64,000 nt of DNA, taken from Thermodesulfobacteriota bacterium. GTDB taxonomy: Bacteria; Desulfobacterota_D; UBA1144; Nemesobacterales; UBA2774. The translations under genes and the position numbers were made by a program. Position 1 is the first letter of the stretch, and each line of letters begins with the position of its first letter. The stretch covers positions 192,001-256,000 of the forward strand of contig OZ244991.1 in assembly GCA_965223335.1 (NCBI GenBank). The letters are read 5' to 3'. This document shows positions 29,905-38,423 of this stretch, piece after piece. The notes under the pieces are model-generated. The model did no database searches, was not told the origin of the DNA, and saw only the letters and a program-made list of their open reading frames with translations.

Positions 29905-30483
29905 ATGAGAATACTAAAACTTGCACCGGTTGTGTGCCTACTTTTTCTATATGGTTGTATTCTAAGCCCCACGGTTAGTGAGCTGCATGAAAACCAGGTT
30001 AGGATCGAAGCCAAACTGGAGGCATTGGATAAAAAATTGGAGGAGTATAATGATGCCATGTCAGCCGATATGGATGAAATAAAAGCCGAGCAGGAAAAAT
30101 TATCCTCGGAAATGGAAATGCTCGAGAAAAACTACAGTCACCTCAGAAAAAAAGTATCAAAGAGAAATGCGATAAATCCTAAGACTAACGGTTCCGACTT
30201 AACTCAAAACGGGGGAAATGAGACCGGAAACGATTTGTACGCAAAAGCAAAACAGTCATTTAACCAGGGAAAATATGAAGACGCAATTTTGAATTACCAG
30301 AAGTTCATCGATCAAAACCCGGGCGATAAACGTGTTGCCGATTCTTACTTAGTACAGGCAGAGTCGCTTATTAGGCTAGACAGAAAAAAAGAGGCCACAT
30401 TTTTTCTTAACACACTCATAGATAAACACCCAAACTCAAACGCTGCCACAATCGCAAAGAAAAAACTAGAAGCGATGAAATGA
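29905..30483 (+). CDS. CpoB/YbgF-like coiled-coil plus TPR lipoprotein
   Basis: LYGC lipobox, coiled coil, C-terminal TPR (LYAKAKQSF..AILNYQKFIDQNP...LIDKHPNS). Confidence 0.8.
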   Translation: MRILKLAPVVCLLFLYGCILSPTVSELHENQVRIEAKLEALDKKLEEYNDAMSADMDEIKAEQEKLSSEMEMLEKNYSHLRKKVSKRNAINPKTNGSDLTQNGGNETGNDLYAKAKQSFNQGKYEDAILNYQKFIDQNPGDKRVADSYLVQAESLIRLDRKKEATFFLNTLIDKHPNSNAATIAKKKLEAMK

Positions 30484-30493
30484 ACTCATAATC

Positions 30494-32185
30494 CTATACG
30501 TTTACAGGCGGGCGTGAATTGTTTATGGCCACTCGGCTGCCCCACTCCAATAGCTCTTTGCTGCAGTCGTCTCGATCGATCATTACCTCGATCAAACATG
30601 CCCCGTCATGTGACAACGCATGATCAATGGCACTTGCAAGCTCTCCCTCGGTCGCCACCCTGGCGGACCAACCCCTACCCTCTGTGCCGTTAAAAACCTC
30701 GACCAACTTTGCATAGTCCCAGTCCTGGATATTGTTGTAGGGACCGTCGTGGATCTCGACCTCTATCGTATAGCCCCCGTTATTGATGAGAAATATGATC
30801 GGCTTTAACCCGTATCGTATTATCGAAGACAGAGCCTGTGCAGTTAGCTGAAAAGAACCGTCCCCGATTAATCCTACGACCCTTCGGTCTGATGCACCCA
30901 GACTCGAGCCCAGCACCGCTCCTACCGACCAACCAATAGAGCCGTACTGCATCTGGATCTCGAACTTAGCCCCGGGGGGCAGTGTTAATTTCATACCGTT
31001 AAACCAGGAATCGCCGGTTTCGGCAATAACGGTGGTTTCGGGATCGATTATGTGCTGAATCTGACCAAACAACCTCTTTGTTGTGACTGGAGCATCGGGA
31101 ACTATAGGCTGCTCGGGGGCAAACTCCTCTTTTATACGCTCGTATGCAGTTAGAGAAGCGTTATTAGGCTTAACTCTGTCGGCGAGTCCCTCTAAAAAAT
31201 CAGAGAGCAGTACATCGTTAAACGTTGTGCCCTGAATCTGTATTCTATGGGGTTCGGCTGTGATCAACTTGCCGGGATTAACCAACGAGGAGTACCCGCA
31301 AGTCGTATAATCAGTGAAAATAGGGCCGGCAAAGAGATATACATCTGAGGACTCAACTATCTCGCTTGTACCCGGGCTGCTCACAGGGCCCCAGTATGTA
31401 CCTATATAGCTTGGGTGGTTTTCCGGCACAAACCCCTTGGCATTGGGCATAGCAGCCACTGCATAGCCCGACGCATCCACAAGTTTATTAAAGGCATCCA
31501 CCGCACCCCATGATCGCAACCTTGCACCCGACACCAACACAGGTTTAACCGCAGTGTTCAACACCTCTGCTGCCTGTTCGAGTGCTTCTTCCAGCGCTTC
31601 GGGATTGCTTGCGTGTGTAGCAACGAAAGAATGGTCCTTGGGCAGTGCGATACTCATCCCCGCAATATTGCAGGCGACCTCGATATACACGGGCTTGCTC
31701 TTTTCAAGACATGTTTTGATTGCACTGTCTATCTGTGTCGGTGCATCGGCAAGGTGTTTAATAACAACCGATCCTGCGGTAACCTGCCGGAATATATCTC
31801 TGGAGTACCCATAATGCACCTCGCCCAAGCTGTGGTGAAGCACCTGGTTCTCTGCTTCGGAGTTGGTGTTGGGCCCGCCCGAAACCACTATCATAGGCAG
31901 GTCCTCGGCATAAGCACCCGCGACCGCATTAAGCACACTCAAACTCCCCACAGAGAACGTGACCACGACCGCCGAGACACCATTTGCACGCGCATAGCCA
32001 TCTGCTGCATACCCTGCATTTAGCTCGTTGCAGCAGCCGATCATCTGCAGATTTTTGTTTTTAAGCAACTCGTCCAGCAGCACTAGGTTATAGTCGCCGG
32101 GTACCGCAAAGTAATACCCTACACCAACCTGCTCTAGCCTCGTGGCCAAATACGATCCCACAGTTGAATTTTTGCTCTCCGTCAT
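30494..32185 (-). CDS. pdc: Pyruvate decarboxylase (ThDP-dependent 2-keto-acid decarboxylase); ORF track starts at 32188
   Basis: VPGDYNL, NELNAGYAADGYAR, LHHSLG, ETGDSWFN, GDGSFQL and NNGGYTIEVEIHDGPYN motifs. Confidence 0.88.
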   Translation of the reverse strand: MTESKNSTVGSYLATRLEQVGVGYYFAVPGDYNLVLLDELLKNKNLQMIGCCNELNAGYAADGYARANGVSAVVVTFSVGSLSVLNAVAGAYAEDLPMIVVSGGPNTNSEAENQVLHHSLGEVHYGYSRDIFRQVTAGSVVIKHLADAPTQIDSAIKTCLEKSKPVYIEVACNIAGMSIALPKDHSFVATHASNPEALEEALEQAAEVLNTAVKPVLVSGARLRSWGAVDAFNKLVDASGYAVAAMPNAKGFVPENHPSYIGTYWGPVSSPGTSEIVESSDVYLFAGPIFTDYTTCGYSSLVNPGKLITAEPHRIQIQGTTFNDVLLSDFLEGLADRVKPNNASLTAYERIKEEFAPEQPIVPDAPVTTKRLFGQIQHIIDPETTVIAETGDSWFNGMKLTLPPGAKFEIQMQYGSIGWSVGAVLGSSLGASDRRVVGLIGDGSFQLTAQALSSIIRYGLKPIIFLINNGGYTIEVEIHDGPYNNIQDWDYAKLVEVFNGTEGRGWSARVATEGELASAIDHALSHDGACLIEVMIDRDDCSKELLEWGSRVAINNSRPPVNV

Positions 32186-32355
32186 CAATCAGCCCCCTTA
32201 TATGTTAGATCAGATTTCCCTTGGTTTGCTTTCTTTAATCTAACCAACATACGAGCAATTCGGAACCGCGCCAAGACTACGCAATGTGATTCCAAGATCA
32301 AGGCATATATGTTATGTTACATAAAAGGTAAATCCACACTCAAGGAGAGATAAGA

Positions 32356-33237
32356 ATGGAACTAATGGAAGCCATAGGAAACAGGCGAAGTATTAGATTT
32401 TTTAAGCCTTGGAAAGAGGTAGAAGACTGGAAGATTCAGAGAATGCTACAGGCCGCCAGATACGCATCGTGCCAGGGCAACTGCGGTGCTACAGAGGCAA
32501 TAGTAATCGATAAACGCACATACCCCAAAGATAAATTTGAACAGATCGTAGAGTGCGGCTCAACATTTAACGAGATTCAACTGCGCCAGGCCCCAATAGT
32601 GATAGCATGGCTCGTAAACATGGACGCATGGTACAAGGAGTTGGTCGAGTCGTTCCAGGTTCTCTTTCCCTCGAGGGCTGTAAGCGCCTCGCACGGATGG
32701 ACATATAAGATTCTTACCGAGACCACATATCCGCGACTTATGAGCTTCCCCAGAGAAAGGGCCGAGGACCTGCTAAGAATAGAGGTAGGTCAGGCCATCG
32801 CTAATTCACTCCTCGCGGCTACAGAGCTCGGACTGGGATGTTGCCTCTTGGCTACCGGTAGAAAACCAGCGGAGTTCCCCAAGGTTCTAGGTGTACCGGA
32901 CAACATTGTCCCAGTATGGCTTATGTCCGTGGGCTATGCGGCAGAGTCCCCAGGTCAGCGCCCAAGAAAACGCTTTGATAAGCTCTTTCATAGTAACGTC
33001 TATGGCACACCCCTCGAAGAAGACCAAGAGGTCAAACAACAGTTAAGGGATGAAAAAATGCTACAACCCCTAGCCCCTCTTCCCGGCAGGGACGAAGAGC
33101 TTAAACACCTATGCCGTATGTTCGGGTTTAACGAGGCCATGCCCGATATGCCCAAGGAAAAAATTGCCGAGATCTACAAAGAGGATTCCATATACTACGG
33201 TGAAGTACCCGAGGGTCTTGTGGATAAGGGAGTTTAA
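32356..33237 (+). CDS. Nitroreductase-family protein with a C-terminal extension
   Basis: EAIGNRRSIRFF, LLAATELGLGCC and LMSVGYA motifs; AAGGAG RBS. Confidence 0.85.
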   Translation: MELMEAIGNRRSIRFFKPWKEVEDWKIQRMLQAARYASCQGNCGATEAIVIDKRTYPKDKFEQIVECGSTFNEIQLRQAPIVIAWLVNMDAWYKELVESFQVLFPSRAVSASHGWTYKILTETTYPRLMSFPRERAEDLLRIEVGQAIANSLLAATELGLGCCLLATGRKPAEFPKVLGVPDNIVPVWLMSVGYAAESPGQRPRKRFDKLFHSNVYGTPLEEDQEVKQQLRDEKMLQPLAPLPGRDEELKHLCRMFGFNEAMPDMPKEKIAEIYKEDSIYYGEVPEGLVDKGV

Positions 33238-33280
33238 GAATTATCGGTTGGCACAATAACCAAATTGTTTATAAATACGT

Positions 33281-33323
33281 TATCCAGGTGGGGGCATACA
33301 ATCCTCCACCTGGGATATATTTT
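33281..33323 (+). terminator. Probable terminator after the nitroreductase
   Basis: Stem CCAGGTGGGGG/TCCTCCACCTGG followed by an AT-rich tail. Confidence 0.55.
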
Positions 33324-33566
33324 ACTTAAGATATCTTCTAACTCTCCATTGCGAGAATCCAAGAAACTTGACAACTATTTATGAAGGCGCAATTCTGGAG
33401 TAGTTGTAGTATGATGACGGTTTACAAACCTGATATATTCAACATGTCATGCAATATAAAATTTATAGAGACTTTAAATATACTATCAGTATAATACATG
33501 AATGAGTTCAGAATACATTAAATAAATACTGAACCTGAATAAACACCTTTTATGTGGAGGAACATC

Positions 33567-34220
33567 ATGAAATTAACATCATTATTTCGTATCCTAGGAG
33601 TTTGCTTATGTGTATTTCTATTTACAACCCCTGTAATTGCAGATCCACCCAACAAAGCAGAAAAAGAGGCTGCTAGGAAAGCTGCTAAAGAAGAGCGCGA
33701 GGCTGCTAGGGAAGCTGCCGAAGAAGAGCGCGAGGCCGCTAGGGAAGCTGCCGAAGAAGAGCGCGAGGATGCTAGGGAAGCTGCCGAAGAAGAGCGTGAG
33801 GCCGAAAAAGCTGCCGAAGAAGCTGAGCGTGAGGCCGAAAAAGCCGCTGAAGAAGCTGAGCGTGAGGCCGAGAAAGCCGCCGAGGAAGCTGAGCGTGAGG
33901 CCGAAAAAGCTGCCGAGGAAGCTGAGCGTGAGGCCGAAAAAGCTGCCGAGGAAGCTGAGCGTGAGGCCGAAAAAGCTGCCGAGGAAGCTGAGCGTGAGGC
34001 CGAAAAAGCCGCTGAAGAAGCTGAGCGTGAGGCCGAAAAAGCTGCCGAGGAAGCTGAGCGTGAGGCCGAGAAAGCCGCTGAAGAAGCTGAGCGTGAGGCC
34101 GAGAAAGCCGCCGAGGAAGCTGAGCGTGGTGCTGAAAGTGCCATCGAGTCAGAACCCACTGGGATTGAGACAGCCGCAGGTACTACCACCAAAAAATGGT
34201 GGCAATTTTGGAGGCAGTAA
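33567..34220 (+). CDS. Secreted Glu/Ala-rich 11-residue tandem repeat protein; likely start ATG 33567
   Basis: GGAGG RBS 6 nt before the ATG; Sec-type signal peptide ending PVIA; 14 repeats; C-terminal KKWWQFWRQ. Confidence 0.85.
   Translation: MKLTSLFRILGVCLCVFLFTTPVIADPPNKAEKEAARKAAKEEREAAREAAEEEREAAREAAEEEREDAREAAEEEREAEKAAEEAEREAEKAAEEAEREAEKAAEEAEREAEKAAEEAEREAEKAAEEAEREAEKAAEEAEREAEKAAEEAEREAEKAAEEAEREAEKAAEEAEREAEKAAEEAERGAESAIESEPTGIETAAGTTTKKWWQFWRQ
33666..34127 (+). repeat. Coding tandem repeat, 14 x 33 bp
   Basis: 4 units of EAAREAAEEER type, then 10 units of EAEKAAEEAER; the last ten differ only at synonymous positions. Confidence 0.95.
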
Positions 34221-34284
34221 TACAAACAACTACTACAAACTATAAAAACAAATAACACATTATAAACGAAACTGGAGGTTCATC

Positions 34285-34545
34285 ATGCCACTATGGACTC
34301 TGATTCTATGGTTGATTATAGGGGGGATAGCCGGGATTGCTGCGGGAAAAGTTATGAAATCCGACCCACCTTATGGGTTGATTGGTGATGTGTTGCTAGG
34401 TATTGCCGGGGCTGTAGTTGGGGGTTGGGTACTGGGATTACTTGGCTTTTCGGGCGGCGGCGGAATAATAGGTAGCCTTATAGTTGCATTCATAGGTGCT
34501 GTCATATTGATCTGGGTTGCGCGATTTATTAAAAAGAGCACTTAG
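34285..34545 (+). CDS. GlsB/YeaQ/YmgE family (transglycosylase-associated) stress membrane protein
   Basis: LIIGGIAGIAAGKVM..GLIGDVLLGIAGAVVGGW...AFIGAVILI; GGAGG RBS. Confidence 0.92.
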   Translation: MPLWTLILWLIIGGIAGIAAGKVMKSDPPYGLIGDVLLGIAGAVVGGWVLGLLGFSGGGGIIGSLIVAFIGAVILIWVARFIKKST

Positions 34546-34565
34546 GGCCTAAACAGGAGATCCTC

Positions 34566-35063
34566 ATGCCTACAAAAAAGAATGAAGCCGAAGGGCTTTT
34601 GGAAAGTATTAAAGACATTTTAAATCAGCCTCTTCCGGGCACAAAGAAAAAAAGCAAAAAATCACAGGTTGAAACCCCCTCAAGACGAAGCCGTTCAATC
34701 TTGGATGTACTGACCGAAGCATTGAATACACCGCTTCCAGGAACTAAAACCAATCAGAAACAAAAGAAACATGAAAAGGTTGACACAGGAAGAAAAGGAC
34801 CTCGGAAACAGAATGTGCCTAAACATAGGGGGAGAGGAAGAGGTGAAGAAATCAGATCCATTCGTGATGCTAGACTAAAGCACAGGGATGAATTTGCAGC
34901 CTTCCGAAAGGCTCGTATGGCATTAAGAGACGAGCACCGTCGTGAACGAGAAGCATTAAGAGAAGAACATCAAAGAGAACGCCAGGAACTAAAACAAGCG
35001 TTTGAGGATCTTAAGCACAAACACAAGAAAGAGATTAAACAGTATAAACGCCAAAAAGCCTAA
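34566..35063 (+). CDS. Hypothetical basic hydrophilic protein with two LNxPLPGT motifs
   Basis: AGGAG RBS; 165 aa; Lys/Arg/Glu/His-rich; helical C-terminus. Confidence 0.8.
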   Translation: MPTKKNEAEGLLESIKDILNQPLPGTKKKSKKSQVETPSRRSRSILDVLTEALNTPLPGTKTNQKQKKHEKVDTGRKGPRKQNVPKHRGRGRGEEIRSIRDARLKHRDEFAAFRKARMALRDEHRREREALREEHQRERQELKQAFEDLKHKHKKEIKQYKRQKA

Positions 35064-35205
35064 TACACTCAAGTCAATGTTTTCGTATATCATCTCCACT
35101 CGATATATATGAATACTGCTTTTATATTTCCCTTACTCCACCCTAGTTGAATTGTAGTGCTTGGCCAATTGCCTTCTATAACTAAGTGTTTCGATCAACA
35201 ATTAA

Positions 35206-35239
35206 TGACCTAGGTTTGATATCTATCATGTCTAGGTCA
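35206..35239. terminator. Hairpin between convergent genes, possible terminator
   Basis: TGACCTAG...CTAGGTCA with inner TGAT/ATCA pairing; no clear U-tract. Confidence 0.35.
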
Positions 35240-35353
35240 GCTGGGTTATAAACTCATGACGGATACTATGCTTGGTAGATCCTTGCTCATTCTCCGCAGC
35301 CATCTATCTGTCCTATATCCGAATTGTTTGTTTGTACTTTGAACAGGTGCACA

Positions 35354-36112
35354 CTAACTCTTACGCTGCACGATAAAGAACTCATAACCATAAGTTGAAC
35401 CGAACCTCCGGCGAACCTCTATCTCGGCAGCAGTCCTCTTGACAAGGCTAAGCGCCTGTTCGTCCCCTTCATATTTCTCGCGCAATCCAGACAGCTTCTC
35501 TTCTAATGGTGAATAGTACTCATCCCACCACGCATTTTCTTCGATTGTAAAATTGTTGATGAGACAGTACCCAGCCTGTCTGATCAATTCTTTGTTGTGC
35601 TCTATATCACTCATTACCGGATACTCTTGATCAAAAAATTCCTTCACCTCTAGCGGAGGGTTATCAGTGAGCCATAACAATTCCGAGAAGACGAAATAAC
35701 CACCGGGCCTTAACAACAGTTTCCACTCATGTAGTGCGTGTTCAATGCCCATAATGTAAGCGGCCCCTTCTGACCAAATCAGATCAAAACTACTAGGAGC
35801 GAACGGTAAGTTGGTCATATCCCCCAGCATGGTTGTAATGTGGTCCTGCAACTCATTAGCAGCTGCACGATTATCAAGCTCATCTAGATATTCTTGATGC
35901 AAATCTATAGCGGTGATTGATCCGTGAAGCACTTTAGCTAAAACAAGTGATTGTGCCCCTGGCCCACAACCAATATCAAGGACAGCCGGATGCTCTGGGA
36001 GATCCGTGCAAAACGATAGAGCATGGCGTGTCGCTTCACCACTGCCAGGCCCTTGCCGAGGCAGCCCCCGTTGTATATCCATAAAGATTTCCATCACCTG
36101 CGCATCATCCAT
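35354..36112 (-). CDS. Class I SAM-dependent methyltransferase
   Basis: LPRQGPGS, VLDIGCGPG, FDLIWSEGA and LRPGG motifs. Confidence 0.92.
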   Translation of the reverse strand: MDDAQVMEIFMDIQRGLPRQGPGSGEATRHALSFCTDLPEHPAVLDIGCGPGAQSLVLAKVLHGSITAIDLHQEYLDELDNRAAANELQDHITTMLGDMTNLPFAPSSFDLIWSEGAAYIMGIEHALHEWKLLLRPGGYFVFSELLWLTDNPPLEVKEFFDQEYPVMSDIEHNKELIRQAGYCLINNFTIEENAWWDEYYSPLEEKLSGLREKYEGDEQALSLVKRTAAEIEVRRRFGSTYGYEFFIVQRKS

Positions 36113-36364
36113 AAATTGCCATCACTCCTAGTTGTTTTGGCACGGGTTAAATGAGCTTTCCCGGCGTGTGGTCTTGTTAAGGCTTGGTAAGTATCAGCAG
36201 AAACACAACCTAATACACGAATCATATTACTTTAATTGCGGCAATGTTTGTATAGATTAGTTTGTGTTTGTTTCTACTTGTATTTCATTTGGTCACATAT
36301 TTGGTAACATAATTGAGTGCAACAATATTTTAAGAAATGTTTTCGATATTAAAGGAGGATTTAT

Positions 36365-36790
36365 ATGCTGGAGAACAAGAGCATAAAAGAAATTCTAACT
36401 AAAGATGTTATTACTGTGCATGAAAATCAGAATTTGAGCGATGTAGCACAAATATTCAGGGAAAATTCAATTCATCATGTTCCTGTCCTCAGAGGTAAAA
36501 AACCTGTTGGCATATTATCCACTCAGGATATTTTCAAACTCATTTTCAATGTCGACTCAGCCGACCAGAGAATGCTCGATGTGCTTCTAGACAGCACTTA
36601 CGTGCTTTCAGAAGTCATGACTACGGAACTTGTAATATTGGATGACTCAGCAACCGTTAAAACTGTTGCAAAGCTTCTAAGAGACAGCTCGCTTCACTCC
36701 GTTTTGGTTGTAGACGCCAAAGGCGATTTATGCGGAATTGCTACTACGACCGATCTTATCAAGTTCCTCTACAAAAATATCGAGGATTAA
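36365..36790 (+). CDS. CBS domain pair protein
   Basis: Two CBS repeats (IHHVPVL..GILSTQD; LHSVLVVD..GIATTTD); AAGGAGG RBS. Confidence 0.92.
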   Translation: MLENKSIKEILTKDVITVHENQNLSDVAQIFRENSIHHVPVLRGKKPVGILSTQDIFKLIFNVDSADQRMLDVLLDSTYVLSEVMTTELVILDDSATVKTVAKLLRDSSLHSVLVVDAKGDLCGIATTTDLIKFLYKNIED

Positions 36791-36860
36791 TACAATGTCC
36801 TCCGCTGTTATTCCTCAACTGAGTTTAACGAAGTAGTTGTTAAGCAAGTTGTGTAATCAG

Positions 36861-36937
<77 letters not shown>

Positions 36938-36954
36938 TCAGAAAGAAGACGTAT

Positions 36955-36983
36955 ATGGTATTTTATAATAGGATACCTGTCAA
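36955..36983 (-). promoter_or_regulatory. Sigma70 promoter of tRNA-fMet
   Basis: TTGACA-N17-TACCAT on the minus strand. Confidence 0.7.
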
Positions 36984-37022
36984 ATAGCGCTCGGGTTTTT
37001 AAATTCAGGCATAGAATTGTTG

Positions 37023-37051
37023 TTGACAACCCATGTATATAAATATAGATT
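37023..37051 (+). promoter_or_regulatory. Sigma70 promoter of the lipoprotein gene at 37095
   Basis: TTGACA-N17-TAGATT. Confidence 0.6.
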
Positions 37052-37094
37052 AAATTAGCAAATTAGCGCTTATACCGAGGGGGATACAATAAAC

Positions 37095-37517
37095 ATGAAA
37101 AAACTAAGCACAGTTCTACTAATCTTGGCGATCACCTGTTCTATGCTAGTACTCGCAGCATGTGAAAACAAAGCCCAGAAGGAACAATTCGAACAAACCC
37201 AAGAACAATTAGATGAAAAAAAGAGCGCGCTTGAGCAGACAAAGGCCAGCTATGAAGAGCTTGAAAAATATGTACAAGAACTAAAAGCCACTGTAAACGA
37301 GCTTAAAGTTGAAAACCAGAAGCTGATAGCTAACAACAAGAGGCTTGAGGCCGAAATCATTGACCTTAAGATCGAGACCGGTCAGATACCTGCTCCAGAA
37401 AACATGGAGAGTACCCATGACTCGGACTCCTCAGATGCCGAAGAGAACACCGAGGATAATCCTGCTGACAATGGCAGTGCATCCGAGGATAGTTCCACAG
37501 AGGAAACTGCCCTCTAA
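37095..37517 (+). CDS. Coiled-coil lipoprotein with an acidic disordered tail
   Basis: LAAC lipobox, about 70-aa heptad region, Asp/Glu/Ser-rich C-terminus. Confidence 0.8.
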   Translation: MKKLSTVLLILAITCSMLVLAACENKAQKEQFEQTQEQLDEKKSALEQTKASYEELEKYVQELKATVNELKVENQKLIANNKRLEAEIIDLKIETGQIPAPENMESTHDSDSSDAEENTEDNPADNGSASEDSSTEETAL

Positions 37518-38392
37518 GGCACCAGATTTTTTACTTCTAGAATACGGTCCAGCCTAAACGTGCACCTTTCTTTTCTAAGGTGGCAGTATGCGTGTATATA
37601 GGTGTTGTTCCTGCTTACACTTATCTCAAGGGGCTCTATGACCCTTGTGGTCGTATCCTCCCCGTATGCCGAGAGATATTTGATCTGCAGTTTGTCGCGG
37701 TTACGAAGCGCTTCTTCAATAGTGGGTGGTAAAACAAGTCCTTTGTCTTCTTCGAGTTCGACCGATTGGCCCTGGAGTTTTATTATATCCTTTAGTTTTT
37801 TGAGCCTGATGCCCCGTTTAGTTAGGTCGCGAATATAAAATTCCATCAGATCCCTAGTGATCATTACATCGGCCAATGCCCTATGCTCAGTCTCAATAGG
37901 TATCCCTATAAATCTAGCAATCTGCCCCAGGTTATTGCTGGGAAAATTGTAGTATCTGCGAGCAATCTGTAGAGTGTCTATCACATGCTGGTCAGGCAGG
38001 TTGAGTCTAAGGCTGCTAAGTTCGGTACGTAAAAAAGACAGATCGAACTTGGCGTTATGCGCCACAATCACCGAAGAGTCTATAAAAGCCAACAACTCCC
38101 TTGCAATATTGCGAAAAAAAGGTGATTTGAGTACCATTTGATCCGTTATGCCGTTTACGGAAGTTGCCCCAGTCGGGATAGGAATACCGGGGTTAACCAG
38201 TGTCTCGTAACTATCTATAATCGCTCCGTTTTTGGTCTTAACTACAGCAACTTCACATATACGGTCGCCGTTTACGGGATCAAGACCCGTAGTCTCCACA
38301 TCAAGATAGGCGAAGACAGCGTCTCTGGGTTTTTGAAGGAGGTGATTGTCGTTGTCCACAGTACATCTATAGTACCATGTAGGCACAATCAC
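37514..38392 (-). CDS. DEDDh 3'-5' exonuclease (DnaQ-like) fused to a C-terminal WYL domain
   Basis: LDVETTG, AHNAKFD and HRALAD motifs; C-terminal IKYLS..TTRVIEP...YIHAYCHLRKERCTFRLDRI. Confidence 0.88.
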   Translation of the reverse strand: MIVPTWYYRCTVDNDNHLLQKPRDAVFAYLDVETTGLDPVNGDRICEVAVVKTKNGAIIDSYETLVNPGIPIPTGATSVNGITDQMVLKSPFFRNIARELLAFIDSSVIVAHNAKFDLSFLRTELSSLRLNLPDQHVIDTLQIARRYYNFPSNNLGQIARFIGIPIETEHRALADVMITRDLMEFYIRDLTKRGIRLKKLKDIIKLQGQSVELEEDKGLVLPPTIEEALRNRDKLQIKYLSAYGEDTTTRVIEPLEISVSRNNTYIHAYCHLRKERCTFRLDRILEVKNLVP

Positions 38393-38423
38393 CGATAGCA
38401 GATCCTAGATTATATTTATGGGA

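Noticed and set aside
33666..34127. 33-bp repeats as a CRISPR array
   Set aside because: The units are head-to-tail with no unique spacers, keep a reading frame with synonymous variation, and no cas genes are present
33518..34258. Alternative ORFs 33518..34258 (-) and 33637..34245 (+) over the repeat
   Set aside because: These are shadow frames of a stop-free repeat. The 33567 frame has the RBS and signal peptide, and in the other plus frame the repeat variation changes amino acids
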